Source: a virus. Taken from it: a DNA stretch of 64,000 bases. This document shows positions 63,311 to 64,000 of the stretch, piece after piece. The notes beneath the pieces are model-generated. The model searched no databases, had not been told where the DNA came from, and was given only the letters and a program-made list of their open reading frames with translations. The translations under genes and the position numbers were made by a program. Position 1 is the stretch's first letter; every line of letters begins with the position of its first letter. The stretch covers positions 47-64,046 of the IMG/VR virus record IMGVR_UViG_3300015202_000006; one strand, given 5' to 3'.

Positions 63311-63709
63311 ATGGCAAGTACCGATTTACCACTAGATAGCTCAGCTCAACCCGTCGTCGTCGTTGGTGCAACCAACGCTGGCGTTACGGGTACGCCCGTT
63401 GGCTCCTCTGCCAATGGCGATGCCTTCGTTCGCGACTCGATCAACACGAGTTCGCTGAATGCTGCCATCTCTATTGCGACCACGGCTGCTGAAGCTAAAG
63501 TGGGAGCATCTCGCCTCACAAACCGTAAATTCCTTTCGATCACCCCGACTAACGGAACAATCTACTGGGGTTCAACCAATACCGTCACTACGGCTAACGG
63601 CACTCCGATTTTCAAAAACCAATGCATAACCATGGCTTTTACCGACAACGTTGCGGTGTGGTTGATTGGCGTTGCCACAACTGACGTTCGGATTGTTGAA
63701 GGTTCGTAA
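63311..63709 (+). CDS. Probable virion structural protein (132 aa)
   Basis: ORF track; T/A/G-rich beta protein. Confidence 0.6.
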   Translation: MASTDLPLDSSAQPVVVVGATNAGVTGTPVGSSANGDAFVRDSINTSSLNAAISIATTAAEAKVGASRLTNRKFLSITPTNGTIYWGSTNTVTTANGTPIFKNQCITMAFTDNVAVWLIGVATTDVRIVEGS

Positions 63710-64000
63710 TGAATTATCCTTACGTTTCCAGCACTCAAGTAGCATCAAGTGTTCCATACGACAACTCTGTTTCAGGTCTTGGAACTGGTGACGTTCAAAG
63801 CGCAATTGATGTTCTTGCAAGCAAAGCTGGCGGCAACACGGGAGTAACTCCGTTTTTTCAATTAGGCATATCCGGCTCTGTGGGTGGGGGCCAATACTTA
63901 AGAAATGGGGTAGGAATACCTTCTAATCAAACTGGTCAACTCATACCGGGGCTAAATAAAATTGTTAAAATAAGCGTTTCACTTTCTCAATCTGATAACA
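63709..64000 (+). CDS. Probable structural protein, truncated by the window edge
   Basis: TAATG-coupled; open to the end (MNYPYVSSTQVASSVPYDN...). Confidence 0.55.
   Translation, partial: MNYPYVSSTQVASSVPYDNSVSGLGTGDVQSAIDVLASKAGGNTGVTPFFQLGISGSVGGGQYLRNGVGIPSNQTGQLIPGLNKIVKISVSLSQSDN

Overview
This window is part of the genome of a large dsDNA tailed phage; the host cannot be determined from the sequence. Replication, recombination and nucleotide genes: class II ribonucleotide reductase with two inteins (minus strand, runs off the left edge, absent from the ORF track), ThyX, dUTPase, primase, DnaE, gp32-like SSB, RecA/UvsX, SbcD and SbcC, DnaB-like helicase. Head genes: large terminase, portal, head morphogenesis protein, prohead protease, scaffold, major capsid protein. 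Accessory genes: GroEL, ClpP-like and trypsin-like proteases, peptide deformylase, receiver domains, CYTH protein, T5 A1-like nuclease, M15 peptidase, tyrosine integrase beside tRNA-Leu(CAG). Main discoveries: (1) a 10-bp motif TCCGTATAAA in at least 26 exact or near-exact copies, 13 of them exactly 6 nt before a start codon, implying a -10-only promoter making leaderless mRNAs, plus a divergent sigma-70-like gene that could read it; (2) a plant TAA1/alliinase-like PLP enzyme clustered with an IPNS-family 2OG-Fe(II) oxygenase and ThyX; (3) a 1.36-kb integrase mini-island that appears to have replaced the 5' half of the phage tRNA; (4) a multidomain protein whose GNAT-like and ART-like modules are separated by the K-S/K-A motif seen throughout the head proteins. 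All family calls come from motifs recognised by eye; no searches were run.
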